The position numbers and the translations under genes are program-made. A stretch of 64,000 nt of DNA, from NCBI GenBank assembly GCA_963724765.1, contig CAVRVY010000004.1, forward strand, positions 1,600,001 to 1,664,000, read 5' to 3'. The notes beneath the pieces were generated by a model. The model was given only the letters and a program-made list of their open reading frames with translations, did not search any database and had not been told where the DNA came from. This stretch comes from an uncultured delta proteobacterium (GTDB lineage Bacteria; Desulfobacterota; Binatia; Binatales; Binataceae). Shown piece after piece: positions 1 through 10,355 of the stretch; position 1 is the stretch's first letter; each line of letters begins with the position of its first letter.

Positions 1-2
1 GC

Positions 3-1166
3 CTCCTTCATGATGTCTTCCATCTGATTTGCCACTTGCTCGGGGCTGCCCACAATTTGCGGCATTGCTACGCTAGCGCCGTAGATCTGACCGATTTGTC
101 GCAGGGTGAGTCTGACGTCGTGCATCTTTACTAGAGCATCAAACAGTCCTTGTGCACCCTGGATATCACCAATCTCGTCGACAGGTTTGTCCGGATCGAG
201 TTTCGACAAGTCATAGTTTGAGTGTCCCGACAGCAAGGCTAACCCGGCCTCAAACGGTACTCGGTCATTAATCGTCTTCTGTTGCGCAAGCGCTTCCTGC
301 TCACTTTGTCCGACGATTACCTGAATGCCGGCTAGTATCTTTAAATCTTTGGGACTTCTGCCAAACTTAAGGGTCCGCTCTTTAAGATCTTTCCCTACCT
401 GCTTCATTGCGCGAGATGTGTATTGAATTATAAATGCTGCTTCCGCATGTTTGGCGCAAAAGTCTCGACCCGCACCCGAGGCCCCGGCTTGAAACAGTAC
501 TGGGCGTACCTGTGGAGAAGGTATAACGCAAGAAAAGCCCGGGCACGAGAACCACTTGCCTTCATGATTGATCGGATGCACTTTTCTGGGATCGGCGAAG
601 ATTTGCTTCTCCTTATCCATCATCACCGCGTCGGCCTCCCAGCTATTCCACAACTTATTACACACCTCCATATACTCATCGGCGCGTTCGTATCGCACAT
701 CATGCGGGACCACCTCTTTTAGCCCCATGTTGCGAGCTTCGCCGACATGAAGGGAAGTGACAATGTTCCACCCGATACGTCCTTTAGTAAGGTGGTCTAA
801 CGTTGATAACTTTCTCACAGCCATATAAGGCGGATAATAAGTCACAGACAACGTGGATGCAAAACCCAAATGATCGGTGACTGCGGCCATCATAGGTATC
901 AAGAGCAGCGGGTCATGTACGGGGAATTGAATGGCGTGCCGCACCGCCACATCAGTATTTCCTCTGAAGTTTCCATATGCCGCCAACTGGTCCGCAAAGA
1001 ACACGGCATCGAATCGTCCGCGTTCCAACGTCTGAGCAATGTGCTGCCACACTTCAGGCTGAGCGTAATGGTAACCCACGTTATTTCTGGGGTGCGTCCA
1101 GGAGCCGATCGTATGATTCATGGGACTATTAATAACGAAACCCATAAGATGCATTAGCTTTTTCAT
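3..1166 (-). CDS. NtaA/DmoA/DszA-family FMN-dependent monooxygenase (3' end runs off the window)
   Basis: Absent from the ORF track because it has no stop in the window. Manual translation gives MKKLMHLMGFVINSPMNHTIGSWTHP...AQTLERGRFDAVFFAD...HDPLLLIPMMAAVTDHLG...TLDHLTKGRIGWNIVTS. RBS GAGG precedes the ATG at 1166. Confidence 0.9.
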   Translation of the reverse strand, partial: MKKLMHLMGFVINSPMNHTIGSWTHPRNNVGYHYAQPEVWQHIAQTLERGRFDAVFFADQLAAYGNFRGNTDVAVRHAIQFPVHDPLLLIPMMAAVTDHLGFASTLSVTYYPPYMAVRKLSTLDHLTKGRIGWNIVTSLHVGEARNMGLKEVVPHDVRYERADEYMEVCNKLWNSWEADAVMMDKEKQIFADPRKVHPINHEGKWFSCPGFSCVIPSPQVRPVLFQAGASGAGRDFCAKHAEAAFIIQYTSRAMKQVGKDLKERTLKFGRSPKDLKILAGIQVIVGQSEQEALAQQKTINDRVPFEAGLALLSGHSNYDLSKLDPDKPVDEIGDIQGAQGLFDALVKMHDVRLTLRQIGQIYGASVAMPQIVGSPEQVANQMEDIMKE

Positions 1167-1230
1167 ACGATCCTCTTTGACTAGGTATCGCCTAACAGTT
1201 TATTCAGACATCCGCTGCCTAATCTCCAAC

Positions 1231-2346
1231 TCAAGCGAGGTGATAGATACGAGCAGCATTGTGGCTTAGCACTCTGCGTTTCTGGTCCTCTGTGAGATCA
1301 TCGCGTGTCGCAACGATCTTGACCGAATCAGGTGTTTTTGCATCCCAGTGAGGATAATCGGACGCATACATAACGTGATCGGAACCCAGCCATTCCAGCA
1401 CTGACGGGAGCGTTGTTTCGTCCGGATCGCATGAGAAGATCAAGTTGGGGGACCGGGCCCAATCACTAGGCAAGCGCTTTAGCCGCGGAACGAGACTTGG
1501 CAATTTTTCATAGTGTTCATCCAATCTCTCGAACCAAAACGGAACCCACCCCACGCCGGACTCAAGGATTCCAATCACCAATTTCGGAAATCGGTCGAAC
1601 ACTCCTTCAGTAATGACACTCATCACGGCAATCATTTGCTCGAAAGGAAAAGCCACCATATGGCCATGAAAGAAGTTCATGAAGCGCTCGCGGCCTACGT
1701 AGTTGATTTGTCCCCCAGCATGTGGATGGATAAATATCGGTATGTTTAAGCGTTGAGCTTTTTCAAACACTGGATAGAAATGGGGATCGCCAGGATATAG
1801 GCGGCCTTGAGAATTGCTAGGCAATTCGGCACCCACAAAGCCCAGCCGCTCCACGCACCTTGTCAATTCACGCACCGCTTCTGGAATGTCTCGCGTGGGT
1901 AGCACCGCTACCGGCTTGAGCCGTGCACTATTCGCTGTGGCGTATTCGGCCACCCACGAGTTATAAGCGCGACATAGAGCAGCCTCCAGGCCTACGTCTG
2001 CACTCGGCAATATTCCGGACGATGGCCCCATGGTTACTGTGGCGAAAAGAATGGCGATATCGATTCCCTCTGCGTCCATATCTTTGAGCCGGGCATCGGG
2101 ATCAGAGCCGCCTTTGTATTTATCCGCTCTGGGTGCGCCGACGTAACCGCCCGGATGCCCTGCGCCTGGTCCGGGCGGAGCGGTCCAAAACCAGCCATCA
2201 ATTAACGTTCGCTCTATCCCCCGATTGTCGGTAACAAGACGTGGCGCAATGTCTCGGTAGGGTCCATCCAAAAACCGCGCCCAGGCCTCTATAGGTTCAG
2301 TCACGTGCCCATCGCCATCAATTACGTGATATCCGTATTTTCCCAT
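1231..2346 (-). CDS. Amidohydrolase_2 family metalloenzyme (decarboxylase/hydratase-like)
   Basis: Motifs VIDGDGHVTE, FIHP, ESGVGW and YASDYPHWD. Confidence 0.9.
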   Translation of the reverse strand: MGKYGYHVIDGDGHVTEPIEAWARFLDGPYRDIAPRLVTDNRGIERTLIDGWFWTAPPGPGAGHPGGYVGAPRADKYKGGSDPDARLKDMDAEGIDIAILFATVTMGPSSGILPSADVGLEAALCRAYNSWVAEYATANSARLKPVAVLPTRDIPEAVRELTRCVERLGFVGAELPSNSQGRLYPGDPHFYPVFEKAQRLNIPIFIHPHAGGQINYVGRERFMNFFHGHMVAFPFEQMIAVMSVITEGVFDRFPKLVIGILESGVGWVPFWFERLDEHYEKLPSLVPRLKRLPSDWARSPNLIFSCDPDETTLPSVLEWLGSDHVMYASDYPHWDAKTPDSVKIVATRDDLTEDQKRRVLSHNAARIYHLA

Positions 2347-2368
2347 AACGATGTCCCACTTTTGATTT

Positions 2369-3298
2369 CTAATCGTTCACTGCCGACTTGTGGCTGTGCT
2401 CTTTCGGTTCGAGTCGCGCTTCGACTTTTGCCGCCTCCTCGAAAAACGTCAGAATTGCAGTAAAATCCTGACCGCCGCGTCCGCGAGCGCGCATAACGTT
2501 GTATAGATTGCGTACGAGCGAGCTCAAGAACATAGGAACGCCGAGTTCTTCACCTGTAGCGAGTGCGAGACCAACATCTTTGCACATTAAATCCACTGTG
2601 AATCCTGGCGTCAGATCGCCCGCAAACGCCTTCTGAGGAAAAAAATGTTCCAGCAAATAACTATTCGAGGAACATCTTTTCATCACATCTAGGAGAGTTC
2701 CAAGGTTGGCGCCTGCCTTGACTCCCATAAGAGTGGCCTCCGCGATCCCGCCGGCAATCACGGCCACCATTGCGTTATTCACGAGCTTAAAGACCTGACC
2801 CATTCCAAGCTGCCCGCAATAAAATACGTCGGTACCCATTGCGTGCAGCGTATCTTTGTGACGGTCGAACACCGCCCGTGGACCGCCGACCATAATGGCA
2901 AGTGTGCCGCTGATCGCAGCACTCTGGCCGCGACTGACAGGAGCATCTAGCAAAGCCACGCCCTTCGCGCTGCATTCACTTGCTATCGCGCCATAGCTGT
3001 GCGGTCCTACAGTGCTCATGTCAATAAATGCACTGCCCTTTTTCAACGTGGCCAAGGCACCGTCGGATCCGAGAGCCGCCTCTACGAGCTCCTTGCCGGT
3101 CGGTAGCATTGTGATTACAGTTACAGCCTCTGAGGCAGCATCCGCTGGGCTGTGTGCTCTTCGTGCTCCCAACGCCACACACTCATGAATTCTCTCCGAC
3201 CGAATGTCATACACTGCCAGCCGACAACCCGACCTTATAAGATTAATCGCCATAGGCTGTCCCATCGCGCCCAGGCCTATAAACCCAATTGTGTCCAT
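2369..3298 (-). CDS. NAD(P)-dependent beta-hydroxyacid dehydrogenase (3-hydroxyisobutyrate DH / YihU-like)
   Basis: Rossmann motif GFIGLGAMG, substrate motif DAPVSRG, catalytic KLVNN, and FTVDLMCKD. Confidence 0.9.
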   Translation of the reverse strand: MDTIGFIGLGAMGQPMAINLIRSGCRLAVYDIRSERIHECVALGARRAHSPADAASEAVTVITMLPTGKELVEAALGSDGALATLKKGSAFIDMSTVGPHSYGAIASECSAKGVALLDAPVSRGQSAAISGTLAIMVGGPRAVFDRHKDTLHAMGTDVFYCGQLGMGQVFKLVNNAMVAVIAGGIAEATLMGVKAGANLGTLLDVMKRCSSNSYLLEHFFPQKAFAGDLTPGFTVDLMCKDVGLALATGEELGVPMFLSSLVRNLYNVMRARGRGGQDFTAILTFFEEAAKVEARLEPKEHSHKSAVND

Positions 3299-3367
3299 AT
3301 GTTTACATCGCCCTTAATGCACTTCTTCGTGAGTCACTGTTACCGGGATAGCCACACATTAGGCAAA

Positions 3368-3395
3368 GGAATCAACAATGAGATGTTCATTGCAA
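3368..3395 (-). promoter_or_regulatory. Weak variant of the island operator/-35 motif (5 nt longer) upstream of the dehydrogenase-amidohydrolase-NtaA unit
   Basis: + strand ggaatcaacaatgagatgttcattgcaa versus gaagtcaacaattttgattgcaa at 5618-5640. The minus strand gives TTGATT as a possible -35. Confidence 0.35.
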
Positions 3396-3525
3396 TGCGC
3401 CAAGAACTGCTTATGAGGCAGTTATGCACTGTACGCTATGTCGAGGCCTTGCATAGTAAGATTCACAACTGATACGGCCTCTGCCTTGGTGAACGCGGCC
3501 GCTCAAACCAATTCGGAAATAAGAC

Positions 3526-3942
3526 TCACTGGAATCCTTCTGTCTGTGGTATTTTGTCTTCGATTTCATACCACGGCACTTTGGACGTGACGAAGGCGTG
3601 CCGATAGACATCTTTCGGGTGACCCGGATGAGCTCCATTGTCGATAGTGCCCGTTGCTACGGCTATAAGTTCAGGGTGCTCGTCTAGATCGATCGTAACG
3701 GGACAGCCGCAGCTCTTGCAAAAGTGTCGATGCACCTTGGCAGAAGTACTATAAGTGCTAAGACCCTCCTTCTTCTCAAGCGTAAAGGCCGAGCGCGGAA
3801 AGATCGATAGCGTAACGAAAATCGCGCCATGGATCTTTCTACAGATCGAGCAGTGACAATGATGGGTATCGACCGCGGGGGCTGTAATAGCATATCGGAC
3901 GTTGCCACAGTGGCAGCCACCAGTCAGTCTAAAATCTGTCAT
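3526..3942 (-). CDS. GFA-family (glutathione-dependent formaldehyde-activating) Zn protein
   Basis: Motifs GGCHCGNVRY, CHCSICRK and RHFCKSCG. RBS AGGAGG. Confidence 0.9.
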   Translation of the reverse strand: MTDFRLTGGCHCGNVRYAITAPAVDTHHCHCSICRKIHGAIFVTLSIFPRSAFTLEKKEGLSTYSTSAKVHRHFCKSCGCPVTIDLDEHPELIAVATGTIDNGAHPGHPKDVYRHAFVTSKVPWYEIEDKIPQTEGFQ

Positions 3943-4102
3943 GAGTGTTCCCTCCTGAGCAGCCTAAACCGCTTTCGACTGCTGGATTCATGTCATTGTG
4001 TGGAAGTATATTCTGCTAATATGCCATCTCTTCGCGACGGTCGGGCATCTAGTCGTTCAATGGACGTATTTTAAGGGGATTGGCGCGTGGAATGTCCGCA
4101 CG

Positions 4103-5536
4103 TTACTCACAACTCCGTTCAAGCTCTTCAAAACGTTGGCGCACGAAGGTGTTGCGTTCCTCACCAACAAGGTCGTCTGCCTGGGTGGTGATGTCGATGA
4201 GTTTGCGACCGAGTTCACGTATAAGGCGCTTGTCCTCTTCGGCCGAGGCGCGGCGCCGGATTTGAAGGATTGTATTCTGGGTGTAGGTGTATGAGGGAAG
4301 CTGGTTCCGTGGTCTGCGATGCAGTGCCTCCGAACTAGCCGACTGGTTTGTGCCACGGATAGCTTCTCTCAACATCTTTCGGAACATATAGACGCCGATG
4401 TCGTTCGTTGTCGGATGCTCGAGAGCGTGAATCGCGATGGGCCGTTGACTCACGATAGCTTCCCAGTCGCCCGGAAGTCGCTGCTGTTGGTCATAAGGAC
4501 GGTTGCCAACTTGACCCTCGAGGAAATCGATGTCGTCCCAGCCGACTCGTTCTTCGCGTCCCTTTTGCAGCGGATCGACGGTCCGGCCAAACATTCGCCA
4601 GCCATAAACGATCGTGTTCGTGTCATCGACTGGCACATACCAGCGGGACATGTGCACGCGATGGAAGAGTCGTCGTTCGCGTCCGTTCTCAAACGTATAG
4701 GCATGGTGAGTGAGGTTCGGTAGGGCACATTCGTTGATCCGCCACCAGACGAGCTGATCGTTCATTCGCCGTCCGGCGACAAAAGCCATCGCGGTCCCTT
4801 CTCGCACTCCCACGTATTCGATCAGCGGCATTGTTCCGAACGAAGGTAGCGTTAGTGGAGTTGGATCAATTCCCGGCGGAAGCGCGCCGTCATATAGAGT
4901 AGCCGGCTGATGGAGAGTCGCAGTGTGCATCTGGTCAGCGATATTCTCCAGTATTTGCAGCCAATTGCATGGAAAGACATTTGAGAATGGGACCAGGCGC
5001 GTATCTTCGTACTTCTCAAATGCATCCGATTCTGGAAATGGAGGGACACTTTCTGACGGTCCCATGTACGCGAACACCAGCCCGTCGCGCTCGAACGCCG
5101 GATAAGCGCCCTGCGCGACGCTGCGTCTCAGCCGCTCGCCCCGGTCGGGCTCGATCGGCACGTCGAGCAGCGTGCCGTCAGTGTCGTAATGGAAGCCATG
5201 GTAGCAGCAGCGGATGCCACACTCTTGAATCACGCCGAATTCGAGCGAAGCGCCGCGATGGCAGCAATGGCGCGCGAGCACCCCGATTCGGCCGGTTCGG
5301 TCGCGGAAGGCGATTAGGTCCTCGCCCATGATGCGGATTTTGTGCGGAACGTTTTTGAGTTGGATAGACATGCACACTGGCTGCCAAAAGCGCCGAAAAT
5401 ATTCTCCCACTGAGGTGCCGGGCCCTACGTGCGTGATCTCTTCATCTTCCTTCGGCACGTCGCGCTTGTCATAGCCCCCGAAAGGTTTAGCTCCAGAAGT
5501 AACCTTCGGCTCGGGGCGCTGTATGCTCGTTGTCAA
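4103..5536 (-). CDS. Rieske non-heme iron oxygenase alpha subunit (phthalate dioxygenase/VanA/TsaM-like group)
   Basis: Rieske motif CCHRGASL...CCYHG and mononuclear Fe site ENIADQMH...LH. Start reassigned to TTG at 5536, which follows GGAGGAGG. Confidence 0.9.
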   Translation of the reverse strand: MTTSIQRPEPKVTSGAKPFGGYDKRDVPKEDEEITHVGPGTSVGEYFRRFWQPVCMSIQLKNVPHKIRIMGEDLIAFRDRTGRIGVLARHCCHRGASLEFGVIQECGIRCCYHGFHYDTDGTLLDVPIEPDRGERLRRSVAQGAYPAFERDGLVFAYMGPSESVPPFPESDAFEKYEDTRLVPFSNVFPCNWLQILENIADQMHTATLHQPATLYDGALPPGIDPTPLTLPSFGTMPLIEYVGVREGTAMAFVAGRRMNDQLVWWRINECALPNLTHHAYTFENGRERRLFHRVHMSRWYVPVDDTNTIVYGWRMFGRTVDPLQKGREERVGWDDIDFLEGQVGNRPYDQQQRLPGDWEAIVSQRPIAIHALEHPTTNDIGVYMFRKMLREAIRGTNQSASSEALHRRPRNQLPSYTYTQNTILQIRRRASAEEDKRLIRELGRKLIDITTQADDLVGEERNTFVRQRFEELERSCE

Positions 5537-5596
5537 TGTTCCTCCTCCAGAAATGACGAAGCTCGAACCGCTTGACTGCTGGACTCGTACATCCTC

Positions 5597-5640
5597 GGTA
5601 TATGACAACATAATTGCGAAGTCAACAATTTTGATTGCAA
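5597..5640 (-). promoter_or_regulatory. Sigma70-like promoter plus shared operator motif for the Rieske gene
   Basis: Minus strand TTGACT-17nt-TATACC. 5612-5637 is the exact reverse complement of 16702-16727. Confidence 0.75.
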
Positions 5641-5813
5641 GATACGAGAATATAATTTTATATAATTCCTGCAGGAAACGAGGTGAAGAAAGCGAGCCGA
5701 TGCGTTGTGGACAGTTTGCTGTCTAAAATGCGGGGGCCTTGACCACCGGTTCGACGTCAGTTCATCTGGAGTCAGGAACGGACGGCACGAGGCGGATGGG
5801 AGGTAAACGTGAG

Positions 5814-6734
5814 ATGCCAGCGCGACAAAAGCGAAGACGTAAAACGCGAAACCAGCAGGTTGAGACTCGGCGATCTGGACCCTTAAGCCGCGCGTTCTCG
5901 ATCATGGACGCCATGGTCGACGCAACCCGGCCTCTATCGTCGCTGGAAGTCGCGCAGCGGTGCGGCTTCGATCCCAGCACCACTCACCGGCTCCTGCAGA
6001 GTCTGGCGGTGGAAGGCTATCTGCTTCGTGATGACGGCACGAAACGCTATATAGCAAGCCCGAAGCTTCTATTCCCGCTTCCGCTCTATCATCCTTGGAA
6101 CGTGGTGCGCCGTGAAGCGAGCCCGACCTTATTAACGTTGCGCGAAGAGTTCGGCTTCACCACGGGATTGGTAGTCTTCTGTCTTAGGGAACGCGTTCTG
6201 CTCGAACTCGCCTTGGGCCGCGATCCGTTGAGCCCCGACTACCACACCTGGCTGTCCAGCCCCATCCATGCGTCTGGGTCCGGCAAGGTGTTGCTTATGG
6301 CGTCCGCGCCTGAGGAACGACCTCGGCTTCTTGGACCGGAACCATATCGTAAGTTCACTGAAAACACCGTCGTTAGCACCGATGCGCTCAATCGCGAACT
6401 CGCAGAGAGCGCGGCGCGCGGTTACGTCCTCGCATGCGACGACTACATCGAGGGGTTCCGAGTTGTTGCCGCACCTATACAGCCGGTTGCTAAGCCTGTT
6501 GTCGGCTGCCTGTTCTGCTCTGGCCGAAGCGCTACACTTTCGGATCAAGTAATTCCCAGTCTCGGACCTGCTCTCAAGAAGGCCGCGGGTTTTTTCTCGA
6601 TTGGTTCGCCCGCTCTGCAGGGGCTTGCCGACCTTGTCAGCGCCATGTCGCTCGGCCTCGTCTCGACGGCCATCGGTCGAGGTGGCGGTCGGGACGAAAC
6701 CACGGCGAGCCTCGAGTCTGATAAGTCGCAGTAG
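5814..6734 (+). CDS. IclR-family transcriptional regulator
   Basis: N-terminal HTH (LSSLEVAQRCGFDPSTTHRLLQSL) and effector-domain motifs HASGSGKVLL and RGY...VAAPI. Start uncertain (5796 or 5814). Confidence 0.9.
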   Translation: MPARQKRRRKTRNQQVETRRSGPLSRAFSIMDAMVDATRPLSSLEVAQRCGFDPSTTHRLLQSLAVEGYLLRDDGTKRYIASPKLLFPLPLYHPWNVVRREASPTLLTLREEFGFTTGLVVFCLRERVLLELALGRDPLSPDYHTWLSSPIHASGSGKVLLMASAPEERPRLLGPEPYRKFTENTVVSTDALNRELAESAARGYVLACDDYIEGFRVVAAPIQPVAKPVVGCLFCSGRSATLSDQVIPSLGPALKKAAGFFSIGSPALQGLADLVSAMSLGLVSTAIGRGGGRDETTASLESDKSQ

Positions 6735-7380
6735 GGTGATGCTTGTTTGTGAACGGGAGGCCTTTCAGGTGCTCAAGCTCTTCGCGTTCAGTTAGGAAAG
6801 ACCGTAGCACACCGCGACCTGCGGCCGAGCAGATGAGCCTGCAGCTAGGAATGAAAGGCGTCCGGTGTGCTCATTCTGAGCGCGTGGGATGGCCACTCGA
6901 GCGCGACGTCCGGTTGACGAATCCGCGCGCTTTGTGCACCAGCATGTGAAATCGAACAAGAGTGACACGAGAAACGCAGAAAGAAACTGCAAAGCGCTCA
7001 TAGACGCGCTTCGTCGCGAATCAAGAGCCAAGCGCAAAGTACATGATGACACTGCATTCAGTCCGGTAGCCGCTAGTCCCTGAGCAGCATGACGCTGACG
7101 AATAAGATGCGCGGACTCTTGGCCGAATGCGTGTGGTATTTACGCACGCAGCAGCAGCGCTGCGCCGAGCACTCGCAACGATCCTTGCAGACATGACATC
7201 CCGTTAAGCGTTCGACGAGGGCGAGTCCGATGACCATAGGAAGAACAAAGCGATGTTGTGTGCTATGGGCCGTGCTTATTCGCGTTGAGAAGTTCCACAT
7301 CCCGGCCGCCGCCTAAGAGGCGGGGTTGCGCGGATTGTCTGCCGAAGTGATGGCGAGCCGATCGGTAGGTCAATCGCTCG

Positions 7381-8328
7381 TTAGTTCAAATCACAACAGT
7401 CGCTCTGCCCCGACTCGCGCCAACGCAATAAACAATTGAGAATCGCGGCAGCCGCAAGGCGGGCTTCAGGAGGGTCCGTACGAGAGGTAACGACAAGCGG
7501 AACTTTAGCGCCCAATACAAGACCTGCAGCGGTAGCTCCCATGAGATGCACCATCAGTTTCGACAATGCGTTGCCAGTTTCGATATTGTGGACGACAAGG
7601 ACATCCGCGTTTCCTGCCACAGGCCCGTCGATTTCCTTCAACGTTGCCGCGCTTTTAGAAATGGCGTTGTCTAAGGCTAGTGGTCCCTGTATATCGCACG
7701 CGATCCTCATCTGCTGAATGCGCTGCATCACTTTCACGGCGTCCACCGAGGACGGCATACGCCGGCTGAGTTCTTCGGTCGCAGAAAGAAGTGCCACGCG
7801 CGGACGCGGGTTGCCGATGCAGTGAGCAAGCTCGACAGCATTTTGAACGATGTCGAGCTTTGTGTCCAGGTCCGGCGCGATATTCACCCCACTGTCCGTG
7901 ACGACGAGCTCGCGATCCACACCTGGTAGTGCCATGTAGTAAACATGCGACAATCTCCGCTTTGTCCGCAACCCCTTTCGGCGGTCGAGCACAGCACCGA
8001 TTAGCACACTAGTGTGAAGGTGCCCCTTCATTAACGCCTTCACTTCGCCGTTGCGGGCGAGCGCCACAGATATTTCGGCTGCCGCTGCATCATCTGTAGC
8101 TGCTACAATTCGGTAATTGGTAATATCCCAATGCATAGAACTCGCGATTCGCCGAACGACATCTGGATCGCCGACGAAGACAGGTTCCATGAAGCGGTGA
8201 TTCGTCGCAAGCCGCGCACCTTCGAGCACCACCTCCGCATTAGCTGCTACCACTGCAGTCAGTAATGGCGTGTCTGCGTTACTTGCCGCCAAAAGATGTG
8301 GTAAGAATCCGCGCCTCCGCTTTACCAT
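7381..8328 (-). CDS. pta: Phosphate acetyl/butyryltransferase (PTB-type Pta)
   Basis: Motifs LMKGHLHTS, TDSGVNIAP, QGPLALDNAIS, NIETGNALSK and VVTSRTD. Lies directly downstream of xsc. Start approximate. Confidence 0.85.
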   Translation of the reverse strand: MVKRRRGFLPHLLAASNADTPLLTAVVAANAEVVLEGARLATNHRFMEPVFVGDPDVVRRIASSMHWDITNYRIVAATDDAAAAEISVALARNGEVKALMKGHLHTSVLIGAVLDRRKGLRTKRRLSHVYYMALPGVDRELVVTDSGVNIAPDLDTKLDIVQNAVELAHCIGNPRPRVALLSATEELSRRMPSSVDAVKVMQRIQQMRIACDIQGPLALDNAISKSAATLKEIDGPVAGNADVLVVHNIETGNALSKLMVHLMGATAAGLVLGAKVPLVVTSRTDPPEARLAAAAILNCLLRWRESGQSDCCDLN

Positions 8329-8443
8329 CGTTACTGAACTCGCCTGACGCTCCAATGACGCGAAGCCACAGGTCTTATGACCGCAGAATTGACCGCTCCC
8401 AAGAGCAGCAAATCGGGTTGGTCGAGGCCCCGAGACGCTCTCT

Positions 8444-10153
8444 TCAATTCTGGTAACGTGGAAGTATCCGTTCGGGAATGCGCATAGCATCTCGTCGATA
8501 GGGTTCGGCCAATTCCTTATCGATCTGCATATCGATGACTACAGGCCGATCGGCCGCGAACGCGCCGCGCAACTTCGACGCGATCTCTTCCGGCCTTTCG
8601 ATCCTGATCCCCTCCGCGCCCATCTCGCTAGCGATCGCCGCGAAATTTGGGTTCTGAAGGTCGGTCCAGAAGAACCTCTTGTCGAAGTAGTCGTATTGGT
8701 TGCGTTTTTCAGCGCCGTACTGTGAATTGTTGAAAATCACGGTGACCAGGTTGATCTTTTCTGTGACCGTGGTCATGACCTCCTGCATCGACATACTCCA
8801 AGCGCCGTCGCCTACTAATGCGAGAACAGGCTCGGTAGGTAGCGCCACCTTCACCCCAAGCGCGGTCGAAAACCCCACGCCGATTCCGCCGAGACTCCCG
8901 TGGCCAAACCAACGTCGCGCCCTATCGAAATTAAAATAAGCGTTTGCGGTTCCGCTGACGTTTCCTACATCGGTAACGACGCACACATCCTTCGGAACCG
9001 CTTGAGCAATCTCTAGCAAGGCTCTTCGCGGGTGGATGGGCGAACCGTCGACGCGAGACATCGCCATGAGCTTGTCATGCCAGCTCTTCTTCTCTTCCGC
9101 GATGTGCTTGAGCCGCGCTTGGCGATCCACGTTTGGCTCTTCTCCCTTGGTAGCTGCAAGGAGTTGTCTGACAACGGCGCCGCAATCGCCGATCAGCCCG
9201 ACTTCCACTGACCGAAGCGCTCCGATTTCGAGTGGGTTGATCGAATTGTGAATGAGCTTCGCCATCCGTGGGAAGAAATCGAAATCGTATTGCGGGGTCG
9301 TGCCAAACGAATTCAGGCGGGTGCCCAGCGCGAGGACGCAATCGGCTTCCGACAAAAGCCGCATGGCAGCCGCCGAGCTTTGATAACCGATCGGGCCTAC
9401 TGCGAGCGGATGCGAAGCTGGGAATGCGTCATTGTGGAGCCAGACGCAAGCGACCGGCGCGGTGAAGCGGTCCGCTAACTCACCGATCGCATGGGCAGTC
9501 TCATTGTCGACCGCGCCAAGTCCGGCAAGAAACACGGGGGTTTTGGCTTCGAGAAGCACACGTGCGGCACGCTGAATCTCGTCTTCCGGCGCGCCACCAA
9601 AGCGTCCCTCGATACGATAATGTGCCGGCTCTAAAGGCTCTCCCTCGAATTTGCCGTAATAGAGGTCACGCGGGATATCGATCTGCGCTGGCCCGCGCAT
9701 TGCGATAGCCGCACGGAAGGCGCCGCGCACAGCCTCTGACATGCGGTCGGCACGATTAACTCGCGTCTGCCAAACGACGATTGGCTCGAAGAGCCGCATC
9801 TGGTCGATTTCTTGAAACGCACGTGTTCCCATGGTGCTACTGGTCACCGCCGGAGTAATCACGACCATAGGCGTATGATTGAGCAGGGCGCTCGCTACGC
9901 CTGTCACCAGATTGGTCACGCCGGGGCCGTTTTGGCCGATGCACAAGCCAGGGCGACCCGAAGCGCGCGCATACCCCTCGGCCATAAGAGCGGCGTTCTG
10001 CTCATGCCGGACTTGGATAAACCGCAGTCCCGCCCGCGGAAATATGTCGAGCGGATCCATAAACGCCGAGCCGACGATGCCGAAGATCGTGTCCACAGAT
10101 TCAAGGCGCAACGCCTCGACCAGAGCTTCGCTGCCCGTGATCATTTGGCTCAT
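8444..10153 (-). CDS. xsc: Sulfoacetaldehyde acetyltransferase (ThDP-dependent)
   Basis: Xsc-type segments FGIVGSAFMD, CIGQNGPG, GDGAWSMS, YGAEKRNQYDYFDKRF and C-terminal ELAEPYRRDAM. Adjacent to pta. Confidence 0.88.
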   Translation of the reverse strand: MSQMITGSEALVEALRLESVDTIFGIVGSAFMDPLDIFPRAGLRFIQVRHEQNAALMAEGYARASGRPGLCIGQNGPGVTNLVTGVASALLNHTPMVVITPAVTSSTMGTRAFQEIDQMRLFEPIVVWQTRVNRADRMSEAVRGAFRAAIAMRGPAQIDIPRDLYYGKFEGEPLEPAHYRIEGRFGGAPEDEIQRAARVLLEAKTPVFLAGLGAVDNETAHAIGELADRFTAPVACVWLHNDAFPASHPLAVGPIGYQSSAAAMRLLSEADCVLALGTRLNSFGTTPQYDFDFFPRMAKLIHNSINPLEIGALRSVEVGLIGDCGAVVRQLLAATKGEEPNVDRQARLKHIAEEKKSWHDKLMAMSRVDGSPIHPRRALLEIAQAVPKDVCVVTDVGNVSGTANAYFNFDRARRWFGHGSLGGIGVGFSTALGVKVALPTEPVLALVGDGAWSMSMQEVMTTVTEKINLVTVIFNNSQYGAEKRNQYDYFDKRFFWTDLQNPNFAAIASEMGAEGIRIERPEEIASKLRGAFAADRPVVIDMQIDKELAEPYRRDAMRIPERILPRYQN

Positions 10154-10203
10154 ATGACCCTCTCGCTCCTTACGATTTCAAGCTAAGGCGCGAACGAAGG
10201 ATA

Positions 10204-10270
10204 TATTTACAATAATTCGTGCGACTTGTAAAGGTTTAATATGGAATATCAACATTCTTATTTTGATTTT
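10204..10270 (-). promoter_or_regulatory. Putative xsc promoter with a weak operator variant
   Basis: Minus strand TTTACA-17nt-TAAATA. + strand tcaacattcttattttgatt resembles the shared motif with a 5-nt insertion. Confidence 0.45.
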
Positions 10271-10355
10271 TCCGATCACAAAGCGTGATGCACGCGAAAA
10301 GTACGAGGCGGAATGAGCTTTCCACCCCACATCACCATCGCTTTTAGCTCGGAAA

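Noticed and set aside
5537-5611. ORF-track start (ATG 5611) for the Rieske gene
   Set aside because: It falls inside the predicted -35/-10 spacer, whereas TTG 5536 has a strong GGAGGAGG RBS.
6743-7300. Small ORFs between iclR and pta (likewise in 11454-12013, 19535-19939 and 21696-22419)
   Set aside because: No recognisable motifs, RBS or consistent strand. They may be decayed sequence, but I cannot support a call.
8444-10153. Acetolactate synthase as the product
   Set aside because: The GSAFMD, GQNGPG, GAEKRNQ and EPYRRDA segments and the adjacent pta fit Xsc, and no ilvN/ilvC is nearby.
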